Positions 16,185-25,521 of a DNA stretch of 39,585 nucleotides are shown here, piece after piece. The number at the start of each line of letters is the position of its first letter. Within the stretch, counting starts at the first letter, position 1. The stretch lies in NCBI GenBank assembly GCA_044344495.1, contig JBIJCW010000003.1:1-39585 (forward strand), read 5' to 3'. This stretch comes from Kiritimatiellia bacterium (GTDB lineage Bacteria > Verrucomicrobiota > Kiritimatiellia > CAIKKV01 > CAITUY01). A model generated the notes under the pieces. It was not told the origin of the DNA and did not search any database. It saw only the letters and a program-made list of their open reading frames with translations. A program made the position numbers and the translations under genes.

Positions 16185-17372
16185 TCAGAACGAGGCCCTC
16201 ACTCCCATATCGCAGATGCTACGATCAAACGATTCGCGCACGTCGGAATCCCAGTTCTCATAGGTGTATCCGCCGGTCAAGGACCAGATGCGATCCATCT
16301 TGAAACTGCCCCGCAAAGACACCGACTCAAGCTTATCAGACCCGCCCGGCAGATCCGCCCCTTCATTATCATAGTCACCATTGCTGAACTGTCCATGGAG
16401 CGTCAGGGTCAGACGAGCCGTAACATCGTGCTCCACTTCCCCCCAGATGCTTGTCAACTGCTGGACTGAGTAAGGACGGACATACGGCGCAAAAAACCCG
16501 TACATCGCTCCGAGACGGACCCGGGTCGGCGACGCCGCACGAAGCGTAACATCGGCGGAACCATAGGCGGAGTCCCCTGACTCCAGATCAGCAGCATCAT
16601 ACGTCGCCGTCTGGTAACCGCCCATCACCTTGCCCGTAAAATCAGGACTGAACATCCGCTCGGCCCCCGCTGCATACGTCATCACCTGTGACCCGCGACT
16701 CCTTGCCTTGGATTCGTTGCTAAAGTCGCTCACCCCGATCACCCCGAACACGTTCACTCCGGAACCCATGAGATACTTGAGATAGGCATCCCCCTTCAGA
16801 ATGTCCTCATCCTGCTCATCGGCGACCACCTGCTCATCGAAGCGTTTCACAACACTTTCACCCTGCACATAGGTGCCCACTTTTTGAGTCAGTTCCGCCG
16901 TAACGCCGGCCCGCGCCGTGTTCAGCCAATAGTTCGCGCTCTGCCGCACACTGGCGCCTCCGACCGTGATATCAGGATCATCGGTGTACATCACGACATC
17001 CGACAGATCCACATTCACACGGCGGGTTACCATCTGCTTCAGATCCACCCCCAGCGAGCCGTAGAGCTCCTGGTCGTTCTGGGGGTTGCCTTCCTCGGTC
17101 GAGCGTGGATTGCTGTGCCATTTGACACCAGGCGACAGGAAAAGATTCAGCAGGGTACGGTCACCATCTCGCCACCGCAGATCACCCCGAACGTCAGCGG
17201 TAATATCCGCATTGGATTCCTTGTTCGCTTTCGCGCCGTCGCGGTTATCGGTATACTGCGCCCCCACCCCCGCCGAAAAGGCCCAAGGATCGCTCGCCAG
17301 GTCCTGCGCAAGCGTAGCCGAAACCAACAACAACATACCCAACGCCACTACAACCGCTTGCGTCCATTTCAT
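16185..17372 (-). CDS. Outer-membrane beta-barrel protein associated with EPS export
   Basis: GAGGAG RBS, signal peptide, alternating beta-strand pattern, C-terminal beta-signal MGVRASF, first gene upstream of wzc. Confidence 0.85.
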   Translation of the reverse strand: MKWTQAVVVALGMLLLVSATLAQDLASDPWAFSAGVGAQYTDNRDGAKANKESNADITADVRGDLRWRDGDRTLLNLFLSPGVKWHSNPRSTEEGNPQNDQELYGSLGVDLKQMVTRRVNVDLSDVVMYTDDPDITVGGASVRQSANYWLNTARAGVTAELTQKVGTYVQGESVVKRFDEQVVADEQDEDILKGDAYLKYLMGSGVNVFGVIGVSDFSNESKARSRGSQVMTYAAGAERMFSPDFTGKVMGGYQTATYDAADLESGDSAYGSADVTLRAASPTRVRLGAMYGFFAPYVRPYSVQQLTSIWGEVEHDVTARLTLTLHGQFSNGDYDNEGADLPGGSDKLESVSLRGSFKMDRIWSLTGGYTYENWDSDVRESFDRSICDMGVRASF

Positions 17373-17435
17373 ACGTAATTCTCCTCTATTCCTAGATATC
17401 AATAACTAATTCTCTTATCCAAGTAAGGCATCATG

Positions 17436-17504
17436 ATTGTTACGAAGCAGGCCTCTTAAGTCAATGGAAAACTCCTTGTCATAACCACCTCGATGGCATA
17501 GCAT
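17436..17504. promoter_or_regulatory. Back-to-back sigma70 promoters: beta-barrel/wzc/wza operon (-) and lytic transglycosylase (+)
   Basis: Minus: TTGACT(17464-17459)-17-AACAAT. Plus: TTGTCA(17476-17481)-17-TAGCAT(17499-17504). AT-rich spacer. Confidence 0.55.
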
Positions 17505-17515
17505 TATCACCTTCT

Positions 17516-18295
17516 ATGAAGCTAATCATCCAGCAATTCTTCTACATGGTCGTCATGGGATCTGCCTCCATGGCCTTGGCCGGAGGGGTGATGGAACTCT
17601 ACCCCTCCGCTCCCATCGCCGAGACCACCCTCGCCACTGAGTCTCCCACCGAACCCTCCGCCATCCGGAATGCCAACGCCGTTTTCGGCGTCCAGGGTCC
17701 TTGGGCACCGCCCAACACCAGCGCCTCCGATGAATCCTTCGGCATGCGGCGGTTGCCGTCGATTCTAAAATCGATCGCCTGGGGCAGGAAAATGGCCTCC
17801 ACGCCCCGTCCGGCAGGTGCCGAGACCTTGATGCCGAAGTTGAAGGCCGTCTTTGCCAGCGAAGGCGTCCCTCCCGAACTGGCATGGATCGCTGAAGTTG
17901 AGTCCAGTTTCGACCCTGCGGCCACCAGTCGCTCCGGCGCCTGCGGACTCTTCCAGTTTATGCCAATCACCGCCAAACGCTTTGGCCTGCTGACCGAATC
18001 AGCCGACCAGCGCACCGACCCCGAACCCTCAGCACGGGCCGCCGCCCGCTACCTGTCGCTCCTCTATAAACGCTTTCAGAACTGGCCCCTCGCCCTCGCC
18101 GCCTACAACGCCGGGGAAGGTCGCGTTGAGCGCCTGCTGAAAAAGCACAACGCCGGCTCCTTCAGCGAAATCGCGTCAGATCTCCCTGTCGAAACCCAGG
18201 AATACGTCCCCAAAATCATGATCACACTGGTCCTGCGGGAAAGAACCCATCTGGGCGCCCTGCCCTCCCCGGAAATCAGTCCCACATTGAACTGA
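17516..18295 (+). CDS. Lytic murein transglycosylase (SLT/MltD-type catalytic domain, no LysM)
   Basis: AEVESSF (catalytic Glu), GACGLFQFMP, ALAAYNAGEG, ETQEYVPKI; signal-like N-terminus. Confidence 0.9.
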   Translation: MKLIIQQFFYMVVMGSASMALAGGVMELYPSAPIAETTLATESPTEPSAIRNANAVFGVQGPWAPPNTSASDESFGMRRLPSILKSIAWGRKMASTPRPAGAETLMPKLKAVFASEGVPPELAWIAEVESSFDPAATSRSGACGLFQFMPITAKRFGLLTESADQRTDPEPSARAAARYLSLLYKRFQNWPLALAAYNAGEGRVERLLKKHNAGSFSEIASDLPVETQEYVPKIMITLVLRERTHLGALPSPEISPTLN

Positions 18296-20315
18296 TTTCG
18301 CGCCGCACACGACCGACAATATCCCCCGTGTAGACATCCTGGTCCTCCGGGTACGCACTGACCCCGTAAGCCAACAACGTACAGGTTGCCCTCACGTCAT
18401 CGGAAAGAAAACGGGAAATCTGCGCGTAGTTGTGGTTGTCTCCGAATTTCGACCGGCGATGGTAGTACCGCATCGGCCAACTCACATAGAGGAAGTTCTT
18501 TGCCCGGGTCATCGCCACATAGGCCAGACGCCGCTCCTCCTCCAACTCCTTGTCACTACCCGATGCCATATCGGACGGCAACCAGCCGTCCGCCGCATGG
18601 ATCAGGTAGACCACATCCCACTCGCATCCCTTGGCGGAGTGAATCGTGGAAAGAACCAGCCAGTCTTCATCCTTCATGGGCGGCCCGGCCAGATCACTGG
18701 TCGAACTCGGCGGATCCAGCGTCAAATCGGTCAAAAACTGCCGCCGTGACGTATAGCCGGAGGCAATTTGCTCGATATGCTCGATATCCCGCTTGCGCTG
18801 CGGCGAATTCTCATAGCGTGCCGCCAATACGTCATCGTAAAATGCCCGTATGCGCTGCACCTGCCCGGAAGGATTGGTCTCTCCCTGCGCGACCAGGTCA
18901 TCCATCAATCCCGATAGCCCCTTCATTCCAGCCCGCCCCGCCGGGGGTGCCTCAAAACTCCGGATCGCCCGCGGATCGCGCGCCCTGCTCACATGGACGA
19001 TGGCCCGCGCCGCTGTCGCCGGCCCAATGCCATCAATCAACTGCAGCACCCGATACCAGGCAATCTCATCCAATGGGTTTTCCACCACGCGTAAAATACT
19101 AACCATATCCTTCACGTGCGCCGCCTCCAGGAACCGCAGCCCGCCGTACTTGTGGTAAGGAATGTTCTTCCTCGCCAGCTCAATCTCCAGGGAGTCCGAC
19201 AAATGCCCCACCCGGAACAAGACCGCCTGCCGGTGCAGCGGTATCCCCTGCTCATAGTGCTCCAGAATGCGCTCAACCAGAAACTTGTCCTGCGACGCCT
19301 CATCACGGCAAGTCACCAACACCGGTTTCTGCCCCTCCTTGCGGCTGGACCACAAGTCCTTCGTAAACCGCTCACGCGCGTGCGAAATCAACGTGTTGGT
19401 CGTATCCAGAATCGGTACCACCGACCGGTAGTTCTGCTCCAGAGTGATGACGGTAGTCCCCGGGAACTGCTTCGGAAAGTCGAGAATATTTCGCACGTTG
19501 GCCGCCCGGAAACTGTAGATACTCTGGGCGTCATCACCCACCACCATGATGTTCGGATTGTAAGTCCTCATCCCGCGCAAAATATCCGCCTGCACCGTGT
19601 TCGTGTCTTGGTACTCATCCACCAGCACATGGTCGAACCGCCCCCCCAATTCCCGCACCATGGCGTCATCCGCCAGCAACTGCCGCCAGTAAAACAGGAG
19701 GTCGTCATAGTCCAGCACGCCACGCTCCTGCTTGCGGATCACGTAACTGGTGAACAATGTCTTCAGCTGATCCTTCCACTCCAGACACCAGGGATAGAAC
19801 TGACGAAGCACCGCCTCGAGTGGATCCCCGCCGTTCAGGCAACGGGAATAGATGGAAAGACAGGTGCCTTTCCGTGGAAACCGTTTCTCGCCCTTCGCCA
19901 GATTGAGTTCATGCCGGACCACGTTCATAAGGTCCTCTGCATCCGCTTCGTCCATGACGGTAAAGTCCGACGTCAACCCCGCCTGCTTGGCATAGGTCCG
20001 CAGAATCCGATTGGCAATGGCATGAAAAGTCCCACCCCAAACCCGCGCCGTGATCGCCGGACCGCGTTCGCAGATGGCCGAAGCCCGTTTGACCATCTCC
20101 TCCGCAGCACGACGCGTGAACGTCATTAAAAGGATACGTTCGGGTAGAACACCCTGGGCGATCAGGTATGCCACGCGATAGGCCAGTGTCTTGGTCTTGC
20201 CGCTGCCTGCACCGGCAACAACCAGAAGTGGACCCTCGCCGTGGGTAACCGCCTGTCGCTGCTGGGCATTCAAATCCGCCAGCCAGCTCAAATCATTTTC
20301 TTTCACCGTTGCCAT
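18276..20315 (-). CDS. UvrD/PcrA/Rep-family SF1 DNA helicase
   Basis: AGAGSGKT, TFTRRAA, DEYQD, VGDDAQSIYSFR, QNYRS, STIHSAKGCEW, EERRLAYVAMTRA. Confidence 0.95.
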   Translation of the reverse strand: MATVKENDLSWLADLNAQQRQAVTHGEGPLLVVAGAGSGKTKTLAYRVAYLIAQGVLPERILLMTFTRRAAEEMVKRASAICERGPAITARVWGGTFHAIANRILRTYAKQAGLTSDFTVMDEADAEDLMNVVRHELNLAKGEKRFPRKGTCLSIYSRCLNGGDPLEAVLRQFYPWCLEWKDQLKTLFTSYVIRKQERGVLDYDDLLFYWRQLLADDAMVRELGGRFDHVLVDEYQDTNTVQADILRGMRTYNPNIMVVGDDAQSIYSFRAANVRNILDFPKQFPGTTVITLEQNYRSVVPILDTTNTLISHARERFTKDLWSSRKEGQKPVLVTCRDEASQDKFLVERILEHYEQGIPLHRQAVLFRVGHLSDSLEIELARKNIPYHKYGGLRFLEAAHVKDMVSILRVVENPLDEIAWYRVLQLIDGIGPATAARAIVHVSRARDPRAIRSFEAPPAGRAGMKGLSGLMDDLVAQGETNPSGQVQRIRAFYDDVLAARYENSPQRKRDIEHIEQIASGYTSRRQFLTDLTLDPPSSTSDLAGPPMKDEDWLVLSTIHSAKGCEWDVVYLIHAADGWLPSDMASGSDKELEEERRLAYVAMTRAKNFLYVSWPMRYYHRRSKFGDNHNYAQISRFLSDDVRATCTLLAYGVSAYPEDQDVYTGDIVGRVRREISSMWD

Positions 20316-20413
20316 CGTCTTCCCCCGTTCACAATGATCATCCCCTTGCGCCCTGCTGTCCCGGAACCGCCGGACACCTGCGGATCGCTGTGATGCCGAA
20401 CGCAGGGTTGGGC

Positions 20414-20442
20414 TTGTGTCCTGCGCGCCGCCGTGCTAGCTT
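20414..20442 (+). promoter_or_regulatory. Promoter of tRNA-Pro(TGG)
   Basis: TTGTGT-17 bp-TAGCTT with extended -10 TG and GC-rich discriminator; same -10 as the other tRNA-Pro promoter. Confidence 0.55.
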
Positions 20443-20487
20443 TCCCGCCGCTCTATCCACGGGGGCTTCCCCGGGTGAGCATTCAAT

Positions 20488-20564
20488 CGGGGTGTAGCGC
20501 AGCCTGGTAGCGCGTCAGCCTTGGGCGCTGAAAGTCGGGGGTTCAAATCCCCCCGCCCCGACCA
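20488..20564 (+). tRNA. tRNA-Pro (TGG)
   Basis: CGGGGTGTAGCGCAGCCTGGTAGCGCG-TCAGC-CTTGGGC-GCTGA...GGTTCAAATCC...CGCCCCGACCA. Confidence 0.97.
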
Positions 20565-20568
20565 CCTC

Positions 20569-22353
20569 TCACACGGAACCATCCAGCGTCCTGCGTACAT
20601 TATCAGCCAGAATTTCCTGCGTGTAGGGCTTCGTGATGCAGCGATCATGCTTAAAATCAAGCCCGTGATGAGCAACCGCCTCCTGGCCAAAACCGGTCAC
20701 ATACAACACCTTGAAATCCTGCCTCATCTTGCGCGCCGTCGCCACCAGTTCCAACCCACTGATTTCCGGCAGCACCACATCCGTCAGGATCAGATGCAAC
20801 GGCTCCGCGCGTTCCTCACAAACCTTGAGGGCGTCTTTCGCGCTAGTCGCCTCAATCACCGTGTATCCCAGGAAAGAGAGCGCACGCCCGGCAAAGGCAC
20901 CCACTGCCTGGTCATCCTCCACCACCAGCACCGTCTCGCAGCCACGGGGCAGGCTCTTGCTTACCCCCCCTTCGGGAGGAGTAACCTCTGAAACAATGCT
21001 GCGGAAGAATATCCGGAATTCCGATCCCATCCCCATCTTGCTTTCCACCTCAATACACCCCTGGCACTGCCGGACAATCCCGTACACCGTCGACAACCCC
21101 AGTCCCGTCCCCTTTCCTTTTTCCTTGGTCGTGAAAAATGGCTCGAAAATCCGCTCCCGGACATCCGAACTCATGCCACATCCATAATCCTTCACCACCA
21201 GTACCCCGTAGGTCCCCGCTTCAACAGCGACATGCATCCGGCAATACTCTTCGTCGAGCACCGCCCTCCGCGTGCTGATCGCAAGGGTACCGCCCTGTGG
21301 CATCGCGTCACGCGCATTCACGGCAAGATTCAAGATGATTTGTTCCACACCACCGGAATCCCCCTCCACCAACCCCACGTCATCCGCCAGTTGGATGTTA
21401 AGCGACACATCCTCCCCCAACGTCCGCTTCAGCAGAAGCACCATGCTGCTGACAACCTCATTCAAATCCAAGGCCTTGATTTGCAATGCCTGCTTCCGCC
21501 CAACCGCCAGCAGTTGCGCCGTCAACTTGGCAGCCCGTTCCGCCCCGTTAATGACCTCCTTGATATCCTCGCGGACCGGATGATCTTCGGCCAATGACTC
21601 CAACGCCAGGTTGGAAAACCCGAGAATCGATGTCAGCAGGTTGTTGAAATCATGAGCCACCCCGCCGGCCAGAAGGCCCAAGGCCTCCATTTTCTGTGCC
21701 TGCCTCAACTGGGCTTCCCGCTCAAGCAGCAACTCCTCCACATTCTTGCGTTGCGTCGCATCCCGCAGAAGCAGCACGCTGCCGCCATGGCTTTTCAACA
21801 GACCCGTAACAATCTCCAACGGGAAGGTCTTGCCGTCTTTCTTCCGCCCCGTCGCCCAGCCGATATGAAACCCCTCCCTCTCCAGCGCATCATAGATTTC
21901 ATGCTTGGCCCCAGGCACACGCCGCCGGTCAAAATACAGCAACTCTGTCTTGCGACGGATAACCTCTTCCATCGCGTAGCCAAACATGCGACACACCGAC
22001 GCATTCACCATCAGGATGTTGCGATTGGCATCCACCACGAGAAGCACATCCGGATTGATACTGTCGATAATGTCTTCAAGTTCCTGATTCCTCATAGCCT
22101 CGGCACGCCATCGAAGGTAGGACGTCACCAGCATGATGATTAGCCAGAGCGCGAGGAAATTTGTGACAAGCACAACCGCCGGTTGTTCGGCGTGTGGCTT
22201 GAAAAACGCGATGAGGCGCTCATTGAAGTTGATGGCGGCCCCCACCATCGTGACCACGAAGGCCAACACCAGGGAGAACGTCAATGTTCGCCATTCCCGC
22301 CGACTCCATGCCAACAACCGCATGGGATCCCTGTTCCTTCTCACTATATTCAT
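20569..22353 (-). CDS. Membrane hybrid sensor kinase (2 TM, PAS, HisKA, HATPase, receiver)
   Basis: GGVAHDFNNLL, NLAVNARDAM, DYGCGM, FFTTKEKGKGTGLGL, receiver VEDD/LTDVVLP/TKP. Confidence 0.95.
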   Translation of the reverse strand: MNIVRRNRDPMRLLAWSRREWRTLTFSLVLAFVVTMVGAAINFNERLIAFFKPHAEQPAVVLVTNFLALWLIIMLVTSYLRWRAEAMRNQELEDIIDSINPDVLLVVDANRNILMVNASVCRMFGYAMEEVIRRKTELLYFDRRRVPGAKHEIYDALEREGFHIGWATGRKKDGKTFPLEIVTGLLKSHGGSVLLLRDATQRKNVEELLLEREAQLRQAQKMEALGLLAGGVAHDFNNLLTSILGFSNLALESLAEDHPVREDIKEVINGAERAAKLTAQLLAVGRKQALQIKALDLNEVVSSMVLLLKRTLGEDVSLNIQLADDVGLVEGDSGGVEQIILNLAVNARDAMPQGGTLAISTRRAVLDEEYCRMHVAVEAGTYGVLVVKDYGCGMSSDVRERIFEPFFTTKEKGKGTGLGLSTVYGIVRQCQGCIEVESKMGMGSEFRIFFRSIVSEVTPPEGGVSKSLPRGCETVLVVEDDQAVGAFAGRALSFLGYTVIEATSAKDALKVCEERAEPLHLILTDVVLPEISGLELVATARKMRQDFKVLYVTGFGQEAVAHHGLDFKHDRCITKPYTQEILADNVRRTLDGSV

Positions 22354-23297
22354 ATCGCCTTCTCCCTTGCAAACCGGGGCTCCGGACTCATCCCCACCTT
22401 CAACACGGCCTTCTCAACGGCCCCGGGCTGTACCCATCGGACACTGCCCATGCTGTTCATGGCATTCGGGAACCCCATCCAGGGTTCCACGCAAAAGAAT
22501 GGACGATCCGACAGGGTGTAGAGTTGCAGGAATGGAAACATGCGCCGAACCCCGTCACCTTCCGCCTCCAGCCGCAACGCCATCCCGTCAGGAAATCGCA
22601 GGGTCGCCACGCAAGGATCGTCGACCTCTATCAACCGCTCATGAATGGCCGGACTACTGACGCTGGATGGAAAATCCGGCGGAGCTTCACGCCCGGCAAT
22701 ATCGGACAAATTCGCGTTGTACCGCCACTGGGATAATGCCGGAACCTCCACCACAGTGGTGTCCTTGCCTTCCCCCACCGGAGGCGTCAGGAAATAGGGA
22801 TGAAACCCTGCATAATAGGGCAATGGGTCCGTACCATTATTCTCATACTCCTGTTCCACCCGCAACCCTCCACCACCCAACTTGAACCTCAGAGTGACCC
22901 GGAACTTGAATGGGTAAGACTCCCGAGTGCCGTCCGTATCCCTCAGAGTAACCGCCAGCGTGTCAGTCCCCTCATGATCCACCGCCCAAGGCATACGCAT
23001 GCTAAACCCGTGAATCTTGATCTGATAAATCCGTCCCCTGTGAAGATAGGCGCCAGCTACCCCATCCCGTTCCATCCGGCCACACACAGGGAACAGAAAA
23101 GGCAATCCGCCCCGCGTCCGCTCCGCCTGCCGTTCCCAGAAAAAGGGATGCTGAAACAGAACCTCTCGCAACTCCTTGTTCCAAAGCAGTTTAAGCGAGC
23201 TGACAATCGCACCAAGCTCCGGAACAATCTCCGCACTCACCGTCCCATCGGACGATTTCAACCGATAAACCTTGAACCCGTTATGTTTCGTTTCCAT
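22350..23297 (-). CDS. Aldose 1-epimerase / galactose mutarotase-like protein
   Basis: RGGLPFLFPVCGR, HGF, YPFKF, GFHPYF, FCVEPW. ATG 23297 chosen. ATGA overlap with the kinase start. Confidence 0.88.
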   Translation of the reverse strand: METKHNGFKVYRLKSSDGTVSAEIVPELGAIVSSLKLLWNKELREVLFQHPFFWERQAERTRGGLPFLFPVCGRMERDGVAGAYLHRGRIYQIKIHGFSMRMPWAVDHEGTDTLAVTLRDTDGTRESYPFKFRVTLRFKLGGGGLRVEQEYENNGTDPLPYYAGFHPYFLTPPVGEGKDTTVVEVPALSQWRYNANLSDIAGREAPPDFPSSVSSPAIHERLIEVDDPCVATLRFPDGMALRLEAEGDGVRRMFPFLQLYTLSDRPFFCVEPWMGFPNAMNSMGSVRWVQPGAVEKAVLKVGMSPEPRFAREKAI

Positions 23298-23504
23298 CAG
23301 TGCTATCGTTCCAGCCGAATACTTGTGGCTCAATCTAGACCTCATTCATTGAAAACAAAAGACGAAAAACCAATCCCCAGAGCCATGCCCTGTATCTACC
23401 CGACCTCCCGCCACTCACACTAACCTTCCAACACCTCCGTATTTCAGATTGGCTAATGACGGGGGTTAACGTATGCTTCGCCAAGTCTCCCGAAGGAAAG
23501 TCGC

Positions 23505-24122
23505 ATGCGCATACTATTAACCGCCAACCTCACACTCGCCAACCGCATCACCTTGGGACGTTTCCTCCTGATTCCGGTTTTTATTCTCCTGACGCTCTAT
23601 TATATGCGTAGCGCCGCCATCGACGCACCCAACGAAATGCTCCGCTGGGCGGCCCTGATGGTGTTCGTTGTCACATGCCTTTCCGATGCACTGGATGGAT
23701 ATTTTGCGCGGTCCCGCAATGAGCGCACCCGCCTGGGCACCCTGCTCGACCCTCTGGCCGACAAGTCCCTGCTCCTCTCCGCCCTCATCCTCCTCACGGG
23801 CCCCTGGGGCGCATGCTTCAATCCCCACCTCCCCGTCTGGTACGTGCTTCTCGTCATCAGCCGCGATGTCACCCTCATTGCCGGCGCAATCCTCATCCAC
23901 GTCGCCGTAGGACACACCGAAGTCCAACCTCGCGTCTCAGGAAAGCTTTCAACTTTCTTCCAAATGGGCCTGATCTTCTGGGTTTTGGCCCAGGGCCCTG
24001 CCCGGTGGTTCCCCTGGCTGCTCTGGCCCGCCGCTGCTTTTACCCTCCTGTCCGCCCTCCAATACATCACGGATGGAATCCGTCAACTTGAGAAAACCCA
24101 TGCCCACGAAAAAAAATCCTGA
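23505..24122 (+). CDS. CDP-alcohol phosphatidyltransferase (PgsA-like)
   Basis: ANRITLGR and SDALDGYFARSRNERTRLGTLLDPLADK signature. Confidence 0.92.
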   Translation: MRILLTANLTLANRITLGRFLLIPVFILLTLYYMRSAAIDAPNEMLRWAALMVFVVTCLSDALDGYFARSRNERTRLGTLLDPLADKSLLLSALILLTGPWGACFNPHLPVWYVLLVISRDVTLIAGAILIHVAVGHTEVQPRVSGKLSTFFQMGLIFWVLAQGPARWFPWLLWPAAAFTLLSALQYITDGIRQLEKTHAHEKKS

Positions 24123-25521
24123 CCTCCCTTCGCCGCCCGGATTGCCGGTCGTTTCAGTCGTCGGCAGACCCAATGTCGGCAAATCGGCCCTCTTTAATCG
24201 ACTTTTGGGACGTCGCCTGGCGATCGTCCACGAAGAGTGCGGCGTCACTCGTGACCGGCTGATCGCCCACGCAACTTGGGATGATATACCCTTCGAACTG
24301 GTGGATACTGGCGGCCTCACCGCATTCGGCAGGCAGGCAGCCGGAAACTTCCTCGACGCGGAAACCCGACGTCAATCGGAAGCCGCCATCAAGGACGCTT
24401 CCATCGTAATCCTCGTCACAGATGCCGAAGCCGGCTTGAACCCCCTGGATGAATCGGTCGCACGCCTCATACGCCAGAAGGGCGTGCGCGCCATCGTGGC
24501 AGCCAACAAGTGTGATCATCCCGACCGCGACCTGCAGGCATCGGCCTTCGAATCGCTGGGCTTTCCCGTTTTCGGAGTCTCCGCCTTGCACAACCGCGGC
24601 ATCGAGGAGTTGATGAAGGAGGTGACAGACGGTTGGGAACCGGTCGACATATCCAAACAGCCCGCCCCTTTACGAATCACCGTGGTTGGAAAGCCGAATG
24701 TCGGCAAGTCCTCATTCCTCAATCGCGTGGTCCGCCAGGAACGCCTGATCGTTTCCGATACTCCAGGGACCACCCGTGACACCATTGATATCCCTTTCCA
24801 GATCGGCGAAGGCCCCACGGCGCGCCACTATCTGCTCACTGATACCGCCGGCATGCGCCGCATGGGCAAGGTGGATGGCGCCGTGGAACGCTACAGCCTC
24901 TTCCGCGCCGAAAGCAGCATTCGACAGGCCGATGTCGTGGCCCTCATGCTCGACGCCTCTCAGGGACCAACCGCCCAGGATAAGGCCATCGCCAACACGA
25001 TTATCGCCGCCCACAAAGGTTGCCTTGTGGTGGTGAACAAGTGGGACCTGTTGAAGGGCCACAGTTCGGAACGGGAATATCGCGAAGCTCTGTCGCACAC
25101 CATCGGATTCCTGAAGTGGGTCCCGTTCGTCTTTGTCTCAGCCAAGGAAGGCTTCAACGTCAAACAGTGCCTCGAGACCATCGATTACGTCGCAGGACAA
25201 ATCCAGACTCAAATTCCCACCGCCACCCTTAACCGCGTCCTGTCGGATGCCGTTGAACGCGTCCAGCCCCCCATGCTGAAAGGCAAGCGCTTCAAGATCT
25301 ACTACGCTACACAAACATCAACCAATCCCATCCGGATCAACCTGTATGTCAACGATCCAACCCGCCTGACCGACGCCTACCGGGAGTACCTGTTGCACGC
25401 CCTCCGCCGCCACTTCGGACTCGAGGGCGCCCCCGTCCTCATTATGCTCAAGGAACGCCCAAGGCAACGCTTTGTGCCGCAAGCCGACTCCCGAAAGCGC
25501 CGCCAACGATCTTCACCGTAA
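24100..25521 (+). CDS. der: Ribosome biogenesis GTPase Der
   Basis: Tandem G domains (GRPNVGKS/DTGG/NKCD; GKPNVGKS/DTAG/NKWD) and KH-like C-terminus (KIYYATQ). Confidence 0.96.
   Translation: MPTKKNPDLPSPPGLPVVSVVGRPNVGKSALFNRLLGRRLAIVHEECGVTRDRLIAHATWDDIPFELVDTGGLTAFGRQAAGNFLDAETRRQSEAAIKDASIVILVTDAEAGLNPLDESVARLIRQKGVRAIVAANKCDHPDRDLQASAFESLGFPVFGVSALHNRGIEELMKEVTDGWEPVDISKQPAPLRITVVGKPNVGKSSFLNRVVRQERLIVSDTPGTTRDTIDIPFQIGEGPTARHYLLTDTAGMRRMGKVDGAVERYSLFRAESSIRQADVVALMLDASQGPTAQDKAIANTIIAAHKGCLVVVNKWDLLKGHSSEREYREALSHTIGFLKWVPFVFVSAKEGFNVKQCLETIDYVAGQIQTQIPTATLNRVLSDAVERVQPPMLKGKRFKIYYATQTSTNPIRINLYVNDPTRLTDAYREYLLHALRRHFGLEGAPVLIMLKERPRQRFVPQADSRKRRQRSSP

Noticed and set aside
20325-20340. 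CGTTC-ACAAT-GATCA as a LexA box upstream of the helicase
   Set aside because: Spacing and arms do not fit TGTTC-N4-GAACA or other SOS boxes I know.
11787-20487. Genomic island between tRNA-His and tRNA-Pro
   Set aside because: No integrase, no duplicated tRNA end seen, composition like the flanks, and it contains core-type genes.
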